This document shows positions 43,252 to 53,350 of a stretch of DNA of 64,000 bases, one piece after another. This stretch comes from an uncultured Dehalococcoidales bacterium (lineage in GTDB: Bacteria; Chloroflexota; Dehalococcoidia; E44-bin15): positions 14,644 to 78,643 of the forward strand of contig CAYUCL010000006.1 of assembly GCA_964443325.1 (NCBI GenBank). Direction: 5' to 3'. Each line of letters starts with the position of its first letter. Within the stretch, counting starts at the first letter, position 1. The translations under genes were made by a program, and so were the position numbers. The notes under the pieces are model-generated. The model saw only the letters and a program-made list of their open reading frames with translations, searched no databases and was not told the DNA's origin.

Positions 43252-44418
43252 ATGCCGAAGCTTAGCCTGAATCTTCTCTATTATGCCCCCGTTGGGCTGC
43301 ATCAAGGCATGGGTGGGGGAGGGCGGTTTATAAATATGGTAGATATTCTTGAGCGACTGGAAGTAACTACCCAACTGATATCTTATCGACCAGATGCAAG
43401 ATTTAAAATCACGCATGAGCGAGAGAGCGATATTCTGAGGAAAACAACAATTCATGTTCCAGAGTCTCTTCCCAAGTTCTTGAAAGCGTTTTCAATCCCC
43501 CTAATGCTCATGTATGGGCTGAGATATGCTAATAGAAGTGACATCGTATTTGCCCATGGACCTACTGTTGTATCTGGGTTTCCGGCTATGATCCTGGCGA
43601 AAATGTTCAGGAAACCATTGGTCGTTGATCACATGGATATCAATGATGCCCCTTCCTTCATTTACAACTTTGTATTAAAAAACTCAACTTTTATTCTTGC
43701 AATAAGCCATTACCTGGAAAACGAAGCTAAAGAAAAGGGTTGTAGAAATGTAGTATACATTCCAAATTCCGTAGATACAGACTACTTCATAAGAGATGTC
43801 TCGGTAGGTAGAAGAATCAGGAAGGAACTAGGAATCGGTGATAACGAGATTGTAGTTGGGTATACAGGCTCTTTCTGGAACGTTCACGGTGTCTCGATTC
43901 TCCTGAAAACGTTCAGTAGGCTAGTAAAAAGACATGCTAATATCAGACTCATGGTAGTCGGTGGGGAGATTTCAGCAGCGTCTGACAATGTACCACTCCT
44001 GATAGAGAAATTGGCTTTGGAAGAGAAAGTGTCTGTTATCCCGCCACAGCCATATGAATCGGTGCCGGGATATCTCTCCGCGTGTGATATTGCCTGTGCG
44101 CCAATAATCGATTGCGAAGAGACCAGGGCGGCGATGCCGATAAAGATTTACGAGTATATGTCAATGGGTCTACCAGTGGTTGCATCCGCTGTAGGTGGAA
44201 TCTCGAATCTTATTAAAAACGGTGTCAACGGCTTTCTGGTTATGCCTGCGGATGAAATCGATTTAGAAAAAACTCTGGAATACGTTGCACAAAACCTTGA
44301 GTCAGCAAAGGAAGTAGGAAAAAGAGCAAGGAAGGAAGTAGTTAGTAATTACAGCCAAAGGGCAGCTATGGAGAAGGTTGGGGAGATATTTGAACGTGCG
44401 CTCGCTAGGTCGGTCTAG
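43252..44418 (+). CDS. Family-4 glycosyltransferase
   Basis: GT-B C-terminal motif (IYEYMSMGLPVVASAVGGISNLIKNGVNGFLV). Confidence 0.75.
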   Translation: MPKLSLNLLYYAPVGLHQGMGGGGRFINMVDILERLEVTTQLISYRPDARFKITHERESDILRKTTIHVPESLPKFLKAFSIPLMLMYGLRYANRSDIVFAHGPTVVSGFPAMILAKMFRKPLVVDHMDINDAPSFIYNFVLKNSTFILAISHYLENEAKEKGCRNVVYIPNSVDTDYFIRDVSVGRRIRKELGIGDNEIVVGYTGSFWNVHGVSILLKTFSRLVKRHANIRLMVVGGEISAASDNVPLLIEKLALEEKVSVIPPQPYESVPGYLSACDIACAPIIDCEETRAAMPIKIYEYMSMGLPVVASAVGGISNLIKNGVNGFLVMPADEIDLEKTLEYVAQNLESAKEVGKRARKEVVSNYSQRAAMEKVGEIFERALARSV

Positions 44419-44492
44419 CAGATGCATGAAGCGCCGTTCGGCCTATATGGTCCTGAGCCGAGCCTTAAAAGAAATCGAACGGAGGTAAACAT

Positions 44493-45455
44493 ATGGCAGA
44501 GGTCGTGCTTACCCCTTTCCTCATGGAGAATTTGGCATGTCCTATATGCAAGGCGAACCCATTGGTGGTTGAAGAAGGCTGCTTGATTTGCCCTGTTTGC
44601 GCCAGGCGGTTTGCCAACAAAGATGGCATTTGGTATATGGCACCCGATTACTTACATGGTGATACTTTGTTCTTAAAAGAAGACGTGGATAAAAAGTATG
44701 TGAAGAATCTAGCCGAGGTGATAGACAGGTCAGATAAACATATAGGAGAGCGCTATGATATGAAGGCGATGATGCCAGGGACATTACGGGAGCTCATCGA
44801 GAGAGTGACGGCTTTTGAGTTGCTGGGTCTAAAGGGAGGGGAGTATGTCCTAGATGTAGGTGCTGGCACCCTGCGAAATGGCATATATGCTCTACAAAAG
44901 GGTGCGGAGGTAGTATGTGCAATTGATTTGATTCCCGGCATGCTTGAGTGGGGAAAAGCAAAGGCTGATGAAAGAGGTTTTGACGGTAAAGTGAGCGCTA
45001 TTGTGGCTGATGCGCGCTTCATACCATTCCGAGACGGCGCGTTTCACAGCATAATTTCTCTGGAGCTGGTGGAGCATATTCCCATAGGAGCAGACATGGT
45101 TTTTAGGGAGATATTCAGGGTTTTGAAACCTGGGGGAACAGCTGTAGTTAATGTTTGGAGTATAGCTACCCATACCACCAATAGACATCAAAAGAATATG
45201 GGATACTTTTATAATAATGCGTTTTACAAGTTCTACTTCCGCAGGGAATTCCTAGACCTCTTTTCTGACATAGATTTCACTAGGAAGGAGCTATATGGGC
45301 ACTATTTAGTGCCATTCATAGGTTATTTGCTGTGCAAAATGAAGATTCCCCGTTCCGTGGGCTTCAGTCTAGCAATTGAGCGAATTGTAAGGCGTTGTTG
45401 CCCACGGCTATCCATATTGCTGGGCCGATTCCTCGTAGTGAAGTTAGAGAAGTGA
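44493..45455 (+). CDS. Class I SAM-dependent methyltransferase with an N-terminal Trm112-like zinc ribbon
   Basis: LACPICKANPLVVEEGCLICPVCARRF (CxxC...CxxC). Then VLDVGAGTLRNG (motif I) ...IISLELVEHI (Methyltransf_11-like). Confidence 0.7.
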   Translation: MAEVVLTPFLMENLACPICKANPLVVEEGCLICPVCARRFANKDGIWYMAPDYLHGDTLFLKEDVDKKYVKNLAEVIDRSDKHIGERYDMKAMMPGTLRELIERVTAFELLGLKGGEYVLDVGAGTLRNGIYALQKGAEVVCAIDLIPGMLEWGKAKADERGFDGKVSAIVADARFIPFRDGAFHSIISLELVEHIPIGADMVFREIFRVLKPGGTAVVNVWSIATHTTNRHQKNMGYFYNNAFYKFYFRREFLDLFSDIDFTRKELYGHYLVPFIGYLLCKMKIPRSVGFSLAIERIVRRCCPRLSILLGRFLVVKLEK

Positions 45456-45638
45456 TTGACAGCATATCGGGTGACCAATGGTGTCCAGTGCGCTTACGAT
45501 TGGAAAATCAAGCTTTGATGACGTTATCTGGGCTCCGGGAAGGTGAGAGCCCGAGGTAACAGAATGGTAGAACGAGAGATGAAAATGTTATCCAGATAGA
45601 AGGGGAGACGAAGTTTATGGAGTATGTGACAAGTAGTT

Positions 45639-46490
45639 ATGAAACGCGGTCGTGAAGGTTATCCTCAGCAAATGCGAGATGTGAAGCGTATCCTGGACAG
45701 GGTCTTTGTGTACTCTGGGTCAAAAGCATTGTATTTTGGCGTCAAAAAGAAGGATGAGCATTCAATAAAGTGCCCAATACTGCTGTACCACACGATAGGC
45801 GATGGCGCTCTTTCGCCACGTCTACTGACTGAGCACATTGACTTCCTTTCTTCCCGTTTTCAGTTAATAACTCTAAGAGGTCTGTACCAAGGAGTAACCA
45901 GCGGTAATCTCCCCCAAAACCCCCTTGTTATAACCTTTGATGATGGGTATAGAGATAATTATGAGCTTGCTCTGCCAACACTTGAGAAATATCAAGTTGT
46001 CGCCACTGTATTTGTAGCCACAGGATATGTGGGCAGTCAATTTCAAGGGAAACCAACCATGACTCCAGGACAGATTAGAGCACTGGCAGACTATGGTATC
46101 GAGATAGGAGGCCATAGCGTGACACACCCTGACCTAAGGCAGCTAAACCGATGCGATCTGAGAAAGGAACTGGCGGCAAGCAAAGCCAGACTTGAGGACA
46201 TCACGGGTGTTGAACTGGTTTCATTTGCATATCCAAGCGGACTCTATAACTCCGAGGTCGTAGAAATGGTTGAAGAGGTCGGGTTCAAAATAGCTGTAAC
46301 CACGGTTCATGATTTCCTGGTGAACCCGGACAGGCTATTTGTGTGTCCACGCCTTCTGGTATATTCGTATGACTCTTGTAAGGATTTAGAAGCAAAACTA
46401 AATGGCGACCAACACTGGCTGAAGATGGCTCACATAGTCTCCCTACCGATGCTAAGTAGGCTGGAGGCTAAATCTGTTATTGGGGGGTGA
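45639..46490 (+). CDS. Polysaccharide deacetylase (NodB-homology, CE4)
   Basis: LITFDDGYRDNYELALPTLEKY...GGHSVTHPDL. The TFDDG and H-x-x-H-P motifs are present. Confidence 0.8.
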   Translation: MKRGREGYPQQMRDVKRILDRVFVYSGSKALYFGVKKKDEHSIKCPILLYHTIGDGALSPRLLTEHIDFLSSRFQLITLRGLYQGVTSGNLPQNPLVITFDDGYRDNYELALPTLEKYQVVATVFVATGYVGSQFQGKPTMTPGQIRALADYGIEIGGHSVTHPDLRQLNRCDLRKELAASKARLEDITGVELVSFAYPSGLYNSEVVEMVEEVGFKIAVTTVHDFLVNPDRLFVCPRLLVYSYDSCKDLEAKLNGDQHWLKMAHIVSLPMLSRLEAKSVIGG

Positions 46491-46567
46491 AGACCATGAC
46501 TACCGATGGGGAGAGAGAAAGATACTAACTTTGCAAGCTGGATGTGACTCAATAGGAGGTAATCATC

Positions 46568-47341
46568 ATGTTGAGCGTGGAGAAGAGCGTGCTTTTATTC
46601 AAAGTCAAGGAAATACATTTCTCAGAGCATCCGTATGATGTCGAGGGATGCCATGTTGTAAGCTTTCCCTTATGCAGGGACAAGGTAGAAGCCGATGGTT
46701 TTACCAGAGTTGAGTCGCTGACTTCGGTTATCGACTTGACCCAGGATTTGGATGAAATATGGCGCAAATTGGACAAGAAATCTTCTCGATATTCGATAAG
46801 GCGGGCACAACAAGATGGAATCAATTTGAGGATAAATAGGGATTACGACGAATTCTATCAGATGAACAAGAACCTGCTGAAGAATAAGGGCTTCAGTACG
46901 ATATATGTTGTGGGGGTTCCAAAGGCCGATGTAATGGAAAAGTATGGCACCCTGTTTACTGCCGAACATAAAGGAGAGACCCTCGGAGGACATCTTTATT
47001 TGGAAGATGGGGCCAATATAAAGCTTTGGTACAGCGCTTCAAAGCGGTTAGGCGTGGATAGAGATAAGGCGACATTGATAGGCAATGCCAACCGCCTACT
47101 CCACTGGGAGGCAATAAAATACGCCAAAGACAAGGGCATAAAGGAGTTCGATTGGGGAGGGTTGTGCTCACAAGAGGAAGCCGATAAAGACGAGAGGCTG
47201 AAGGCGATAAATTCATTTAAGTTGAGTTTCGGCGGCGAAATAGTAACTTATTATTCCTATCAAAAAGTCTATTCCAAAGCCTATGAGCTAGCACAATTCC
47301 TGTATGGTTTGGCAAGTGGCGGAATAAGGCCGGTGAAATAG
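46568..47341 (+). CDS. FemAB-like / GNAT-type acyltransferase (Acetyltransf_6-like); tentative
   Basis: 257 aa. The family is assigned from overall pattern and EPS-cluster context only. Confidence 0.4.
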   Translation: MLSVEKSVLLFKVKEIHFSEHPYDVEGCHVVSFPLCRDKVEADGFTRVESLTSVIDLTQDLDEIWRKLDKKSSRYSIRRAQQDGINLRINRDYDEFYQMNKNLLKNKGFSTIYVVGVPKADVMEKYGTLFTAEHKGETLGGHLYLEDGANIKLWYSASKRLGVDRDKATLIGNANRLLHWEAIKYAKDKGIKEFDWGGLCSQEEADKDERLKAINSFKLSFGGEIVTYYSYQKVYSKAYELAQFLYGLASGGIRPVK

Positions 47342-47519
47342 AGCAATAGGGAAGCCACGCTCATCCTTTGATGTCAAAAATTTGGAGGGGACTGAATACG
47401 CTCTCATTGTATCACTGAGGGAAAACAAAAAGGCGCTAAGGAAAGCGTTGCCGGACGAATGATATGCAGGAAGTGATAACGACCGAGTCTGAGACAACTT
47501 CATCTGTTGGGGATCGAAA

Positions 47520-48713
47520 ATGAGAATCTGCCAGATAACCAATGTGTTCCCACCGGTGGGAGCAGGGGGAGCACAAACGCACAATCATTCGCTGGTCAGA
47601 TACCTCATCCAAAGAGGCTATGATGTGGATGTAATAGTTGTTAGGTCTCCCCTTCTATCAGAAAGGGAAGCTGCTGAGGCAGCAAATAACGTTAATAAAG
47701 GAATCAAGGTTCATAACATCTGGTATAACGGATTTCCCTTCTGGGTTTTTCGGGTGAGAAACAAGATCAAGGAAATTGAAAAGGAAGGGGAAATAGATAT
47801 CTTTGACATTCATTCGATTTATGACGTTTTCATTTTTCTTTTCCAAAGGAGAACAATTCTCTACTCCTTGCATTTTTTTGAGCTCAGTTGCCCTGGTCCG
47901 CAGCCGAATCGTACTCCACGGCCTTGCCTGCCTTCCTTTAGAAAATGCTGGCGATGCTGCGGGGTTAGGAATTATTTTCTGTGGAGATCTGTAAGATGGC
48001 TTGCTACAAAAAAGGTAACAAGATTCATGGTCAAATATGAGTATATGAAGAGACTGGCGGTTGAAAGTGGAATAGCAGAGGACAAAATTGAGGTAGTTCC
48101 ATTCTGGCTAGATGTGGATAGATTTTGGGAGAGAGCGAACAATACCGGATTCAGAATGAACGTGATAGATGAGGGGGATAAGCTGATTGTCCATGTAGGG
48201 AGACTATCTCCAGAAAACGGAGTCCTAGAATTGCTAAAGGCTTTTACCATTTTGGGCAAGAAGATCAGCAATGCCAAGCTGGTGTTGGTGGGGGACGGCA
48301 TTTTGAAAAAACATATGGATGCTTTTTGCAGCGAGAATCATATCGAGAACAAGGTTGTTTTTGTTGGAGCCGTACAGCGTGAAGATGTCTTCAAATATTT
48401 GTCTATAGCTGATTGTGCCGTTTCTTGCCAGCTTACTCATAACTATAACTGGGCCTTACTGGAGTATATGTGCGCACAAAAGCCGATTGTGGCAACGAAT
48501 GTCGGAGGAACATCGGAGATACTAACGGATGGATATAGCGCCATACTCGCCGAGCCGACACCCGAATCACTAAGTTCGAAAATGCAACTAATGCTGGAGA
48601 ATCCACAGTTGGGCAAGAAATTGGCGCAGAATGCTCTAACAATAGTGAAAGAAAAGCACACGCTTGAGAATCTAAAGAAATATGAGGAGCTGGTCCATAG
48701 GTTGAAAGAATGA
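47520..48713 (+). CDS. Family-4 glycosyltransferase
   Basis: MRICQITNVFPPVGAGGAQTH N-terminus and C-terminal ALLEYMCAQKPIVATNVGGTSEIL. Confidence 0.8.
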   Translation: MRICQITNVFPPVGAGGAQTHNHSLVRYLIQRGYDVDVIVVRSPLLSEREAAEAANNVNKGIKVHNIWYNGFPFWVFRVRNKIKEIEKEGEIDIFDIHSIYDVFIFLFQRRTILYSLHFFELSCPGPQPNRTPRPCLPSFRKCWRCCGVRNYFLWRSVRWLATKKVTRFMVKYEYMKRLAVESGIAEDKIEVVPFWLDVDRFWERANNTGFRMNVIDEGDKLIVHVGRLSPENGVLELLKAFTILGKKISNAKLVLVGDGILKKHMDAFCSENHIENKVVFVGAVQREDVFKYLSIADCAVSCQLTHNYNWALLEYMCAQKPIVATNVGGTSEILTDGYSAILAEPTPESLSSKMQLMLENPQLGKKLAQNALTIVKEKHTLENLKKYEELVHRLKE

Positions 48714-49882
48714 ACGTATGTATGATCGCTTCGGGATATCCGTCTAACGATATGCCAGTTCGAGATATTTTTATCCACGAACAGGCAAAAGAAATTGTAA
48801 GACAAGGGGTGAATGTTCATGTAATTACTCCAGGCGATGATGATAGCCTAAGACAGGAAACCATTGAAGGAGTGCGTGTTTATCGGGTGATGAATACTAA
48901 GTTCAAGCCCGAACGTCTGTTCCCTTTTGTTTTTGCTATGAAAGCTATGAGAAAAGCGGCACAGCTTGATAGAAAAGAGGAATTTGACGTCATCCATTCG
49001 CATTTCGCCGACCATGCTGGCTTTGCCGGTGCAATAATATCTAAGGTCTTGGGGAGGCCTTTCGTGATAACCGCGCATGGTTATGATGTATTTTATAGCA
49101 AAGAGCTAGGCTATGGTATAGGCACAACTTGGCTGGGGCGAGTTTACGTGTTCTTCATCCTTAGATGTGCTGATAGGATTTTCCCAGTCAGTAACACTTT
49201 AAAGAGGCACTGTATCACCAAGTGGCACATTAAGCCCAAAAAGCTGGAGGTGATCCACAATGGCATTTATATTCAACAACTGCCGGAGGAAGACGAACTG
49301 AATAGGTTTAGGTCGACCTTGAACATAGATAATAAGAAAGTAATTTTTAGCGTTTCCTCACTGATAAAGAGAAAAGGACAGCAGCATATTATTAAGGCGT
49401 TACCCGCCGTTGTCGAGGAAGTCCCGGATGCTGTCTTTGTCTTAGTGGGGGAAGGACCATACTTGACTGAATTGGAACAGCTAGTAAGGGAGTTAAACCT
49501 AGAAAGCTATGTAAAAATAATCAATAGGTTTGCCGATAGAAGTGAATTGCCGATGTTCTTCAGCATTTGTGATGTCTTCACATTAGTGAGCGTTCTGGAG
49601 AGCTTTGGCATAGTGTATATTGAGGCTTTGGCTTTGGGTAAGCCGGTAATAGGCAGTCGCGGGGAGGGCGATGAGGACTTTATCGTAGATGGTGAAAATG
49701 GCTTCCTGGTAGACCCTAATGATACAGATGGGTTGGCAAGAAAAATAGTGACCCTACTAAAAGATGAGAGTTTAAGAGAAAGCATGGGTAAGAAAGGCCA
49801 AAGAGCTGTGATGGAAGGCTATCTATGGAAACATAGTGTGCAAAGTCTCATAAGGAGCTATAAGGAGCTTATCAATCGATGA
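48710..49882 (+). CDS. Family-4 glycosyltransferase
   Basis: Overlaps the previous gene (ATGA). C-terminal FGIVYIEALALGKPVIGSRGEGDEDFIVDGENGFLV. Confidence 0.8.
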   Translation: MNVCMIASGYPSNDMPVRDIFIHEQAKEIVRQGVNVHVITPGDDDSLRQETIEGVRVYRVMNTKFKPERLFPFVFAMKAMRKAAQLDRKEEFDVIHSHFADHAGFAGAIISKVLGRPFVITAHGYDVFYSKELGYGIGTTWLGRVYVFFILRCADRIFPVSNTLKRHCITKWHIKPKKLEVIHNGIYIQQLPEEDELNRFRSTLNIDNKKVIFSVSSLIKRKGQQHIIKALPAVVEEVPDAVFVLVGEGPYLTELEQLVRELNLESYVKIINRFADRSELPMFFSICDVFTLVSVLESFGIVYIEALALGKPVIGSRGEGDEDFIVDGENGFLVDPNDTDGLARKIVTLLKDESLRESMGKKGQRAVMEGYLWKHSVQSLIRSYKELINR

Positions 49883-50082
49883 ATGGACTGAAGGAAGCAC
49901 TGGGTACACTAAAGAATACTATATCGGTTGACATACGGGACGCCCGGGTTTCCCTTGGGACCAAGGATGTTCAGTTACCTGCCCCTATGCATTACCGAAC
50001 GACCCGAGAATACCGGCCTTGGGCTACGATACCTATGAATGCTTGCAAAATCTGACTGAGAAATAAGGACATATGAAAGGAT

Positions 50083-52041
50083 TTGTTGGTGACAAGAGAA
50101 GTGCAAGCGGGTCCTAGAGGCCCAGTGGCAAAGAAAAGAGAGCCATCCAAAATTCCTGCAGTCTTGGTCCTATGTGGAGGCATTCTATTAATATTTTGGG
50201 GTGTCGTTGGTGGTGAGCTTATCCCAGCGAAAGGCATTGCTTTGACTTTGGCAGGTCTGGGCTACTTGCTGATAAGGAAGCGAATTCCTGCCAAGTTAAA
50301 AATGGCAATTCCATCAAGCCTGCAACGAAAGCCCTCTATATCTCTCATACTAAATATCGTTTTCCTCATAGCGTTTTCTTATACCCTAATCACAGTAGCT
50401 ACGTATGACGTTTACTCTATTCCGGTGGGTTATTTTGTATCCACTGTGGTTATGTGCATTGTGATAGCTTTAGATGTGTTCCTCATGCCACGTGAAAAAA
50501 CAGCCTACACTTACATCATCCTTGTAAAAATAATCGTTCTATCATTGCTTCTGATATGGATTCCGCACAACCAATTCCCCAATATCGGGACTGACCCTTG
50601 GTATCATATGAGTTTTGTAGAAGCCATATTAAGAGGATCGCATATTCCTTCAATCGGTTATGACTATTATCGCGATTTTACCGCAATGCACTTTCTTGTA
50701 GCAGCAATTAAAGAGATGACTGGCTTGGGGATTATGAATTCCATGATGCTCGTAGGCTCGATTGTGGTTGCATGCTTGTCGGTTCTTTTTTGTCTGGGGA
50801 AGGTCCTTTTTAGTGAAAGGGTGGGTTTGCTTGGAGCCCTGCTGTTAGGTGTTACTAGTACCTTTGTTTTTTGGGGGTACTATATTATCCCAATGACGTT
50901 AGGCATAGGTCTAGCTGTAGTGCTGACCTACTTGATGATTAGAAGGACAACTGCGTCACGGAGACCGGCTTTTACGGCCCTCTTTTTGCTCGCAACGTTC
51001 GTAATAGTTTATACACATACCATCGTAGGAATTATTTGCCTAGTAGTGGCTATGTCGATGTATTTAGGCGAGAAGTTGCTCTCTGTTAGGTCAAGGGGAA
51101 AACTATCGGCCTATGTGTCCTTCGTAACTCCCCTTTTGTTTGGGGTTGTGATGATATCTTACTGGGCATATGTCTCGGGCTATTTCTTTTCCGAAGCAGT
51201 TCATGGTCTGGCGCATGTTTTTTCATTCCCGACCTCGGAATATGTATGGACTAAAATACCCAATGATATTACGCCAGCTATTCTGAAGAGCATTGGATTT
51301 ATGTGCCTAATAGGATTAGGGGCTGTGGCCATTCTATATAGCTGGGACCACAGGAAGGATTATCGAACGTCCCTGATGTTGATTGCGGCTGGCTTGGGAG
51401 TGGTAATTGTTCTATATGCGGGTTATCTGTCGGGCCTTGCTGAGATCTTGGTTTCCGATAGATGGGACGTCTTCATGTTCATGCTCTTCTCTATCTTGGC
51501 AGGCTTGGGGGTCTTCTTAGTCTACTGTAGTTTCCGAGGCAAGCTACTGAAGCTATTTAGCATCAGCTTGATAGTCCTGGTTTTCTCCTTCACTATGATA
51601 TCTACTTCACTACTTGGTCATAGCAATCCCCTGGTGGATAAAGACGCATCGCAAAGGGGTTTCTTTTTTGACAGTGAGATAGTGGCCGCAGATACAATTT
51701 CAAGCCTTTATGATGGGAAAATAATATCTGATTACTTTCATGACAACTACTTCGAGCTCGTTCTTGGCAGAGAAACTGGGGATATATATTATTCTTTCAT
51801 TGTCCCGGAGGAGGCCAAAGTCAAGGACGTTATAGTCATCAGGAGATATATCCTCAACTATATCTTTGCATCCACAAGACCTGTGGAGGAAATCAAGGTG
51901 TACGCAAACGTCGGTGTGCTTCTCAATGAAACACAGAAAGACAAGGTAAGAAGCCTGAATGAAGATCCGATTTACAGCAAGATATATTGCAATAGTGAAG
52001 TAGTTGCCTATATGCCCCAGCCAATGGAAGAGGGCGAATGA
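50083..52041 (+). CDS. Large polytopic membrane protein (12 or more TM helices plus a C-terminal soluble domain), putative glycan polymerase (Wzy-like / DUF2206-like)
   Basis: A long run of hydrophobic helices through about residue 520, then a 130-aa hydrophilic C-terminal domain. It lies next to the flippase. Roughly 40% GC. The start is uncertain. Confidence 0.5.
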   Translation: MLVTREVQAGPRGPVAKKREPSKIPAVLVLCGGILLIFWGVVGGELIPAKGIALTLAGLGYLLIRKRIPAKLKMAIPSSLQRKPSISLILNIVFLIAFSYTLITVATYDVYSIPVGYFVSTVVMCIVIALDVFLMPREKTAYTYIILVKIIVLSLLLIWIPHNQFPNIGTDPWYHMSFVEAILRGSHIPSIGYDYYRDFTAMHFLVAAIKEMTGLGIMNSMMLVGSIVVACLSVLFCLGKVLFSERVGLLGALLLGVTSTFVFWGYYIIPMTLGIGLAVVLTYLMIRRTTASRRPAFTALFLLATFVIVYTHTIVGIICLVVAMSMYLGEKLLSVRSRGKLSAYVSFVTPLLFGVVMISYWAYVSGYFFSEAVHGLAHVFSFPTSEYVWTKIPNDITPAILKSIGFMCLIGLGAVAILYSWDHRKDYRTSLMLIAAGLGVVIVLYAGYLSGLAEILVSDRWDVFMFMLFSILAGLGVFLVYCSFRGKLLKLFSISLIVLVFSFTMISTSLLGHSNPLVDKDASQRGFFFDSEIVAADTISSLYDGKIISDYFHDNYFELVLGRETGDIYYSFIVPEEAKVKDVIVIRRYILNYIFASTRPVEEIKVYANVGVLLNETQKDKVRSLNEDPIYSKIYCNSEVVAYMPQPMEEGE

Positions 52042-53350
52042 TTTGAATTTTACGAAGAATGTCACAAGCGTGCTTGTCACCAATATCTTGATTTTTCTTG
52101 TGAGCATACCCAATGCCATTATTGTCGCTAGAGTATTGGGACCAGAGGGTAAAGGAATATATGCCCTTGTAATGCTAGTTCCAGGTATGCTGTACATATT
52201 GGCCAACCTCGGACTCAGTGGAGCAAATATATATTTCATCGGTTCAAAGAAGTTTAGTCCTACAGATATAGCATCCAATTCCTTGGTGTTTGGATTTATG
52301 GTCAGCATTCTCCTCGGCATTCTTTTCGCGCTGGCTTATAGGTTTTTCCTTTATCCTTTTTTTGCCGATGTAGAGCCTCTACTCATTTATTTAATTATAT
52401 TGAGCCTGCCGTTTTCCCTCATTGCTGTCTATTTCAAAGGGATTCTGCTGGCGAAATTCAAAATCAAGGAATATAACCTGTTAAATACACTTGATCCTCT
52501 ATTGCTGCTAATTGGTGTCGCACTACTATTGATTCTGTTCAACAAGGGGATATTCTCACTTGTTTTACTATCTATCTTGGTTACGGTAATCACATTATGC
52601 GTTTCCTCCTTCTTGGTACATAAGATGACAAAGATCAGGTTTCTCCTAAGAGTAAATATGCTAAAGGAATCCCTGAAATATGGAGTTAGAGTATACCTCG
52701 CAAATATACTTACTTTCCTTTGCTATCGGTTGGACATGTTGCTGGTAGCCTATTATCTTGGCGCAACGCAGGTTGGATTCTACGCTCTCGCGGTGGGAAT
52801 GGCTGAAATGGTGTGGATCTTATCTCGTGCTGTGCAAACAATTTTGTTTCCACTGGTATCCTCTTCGGAGCAGAGCGAATCCAGGGTACTGTCGGCAGTG
52901 GTGGCTAGGCATACATTGTTTTTGAGCCTTTTGGGCTGTATTGGATTGGCAGTTGTTGGCAGGTGGGTGATAGAGATTTTCTATGGCTCACAGTTTCTTC
53001 CCAGCTTCGTGCCACTATTGATTCTCTTACCTGGGATTCTGTCATTTGCTTTCGTCGGCGCTCCAGTATCCTATTTATCTGGCATAGGGAGGCCCATATT
53101 TGCTACATGGGCCTCATTAATAGCCTTAGTTGTCAATATTGGATTGAATATGATACTTATTCCAAAATGGGGAATTGCAGGGGCAGCATTTGCCACCACG
53201 ATAGCATATTCATTAGCGACTTTGATAGTTTTGTTGTCGTATCTGAAGATGTCACAGAATATGTTAGCCAGTTGCATGATTATGAACTCAGATGATTTCA
53301 GAATCTACTTTAATCTAGTTGCAAAGGTATTACGTAGAAGGAAAAAGTAG
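52004..53350 (+). CDS. Polysaccharide biosynthesis protein / Wzx-type flippase (MOP superfamily)
   Basis: About 12-14 TM helices throughout, with Polysacc_synt-like topology. It is the last gene of the + arm. Confidence 0.7.
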   Translation: MPICPSQWKRANDLNFTKNVTSVLVTNILIFLVSIPNAIIVARVLGPEGKGIYALVMLVPGMLYILANLGLSGANIYFIGSKKFSPTDIASNSLVFGFMVSILLGILFALAYRFFLYPFFADVEPLLIYLIILSLPFSLIAVYFKGILLAKFKIKEYNLLNTLDPLLLLIGVALLLILFNKGIFSLVLLSILVTVITLCVSSFLVHKMTKIRFLLRVNMLKESLKYGVRVYLANILTFLCYRLDMLLVAYYLGATQVGFYALAVGMAEMVWILSRAVQTILFPLVSSSEQSESRVLSAVVARHTLFLSLLGCIGLAVVGRWVIEIFYGSQFLPSFVPLLILLPGILSFAFVGAPVSYLSGIGRPIFATWASLIALVVNIGLNMILIPKWGIAGAAFATTIAYSLATLIVLLSYLKMSQNMLASCMIMNSDDFRIYFNLVAKVLRRRKK

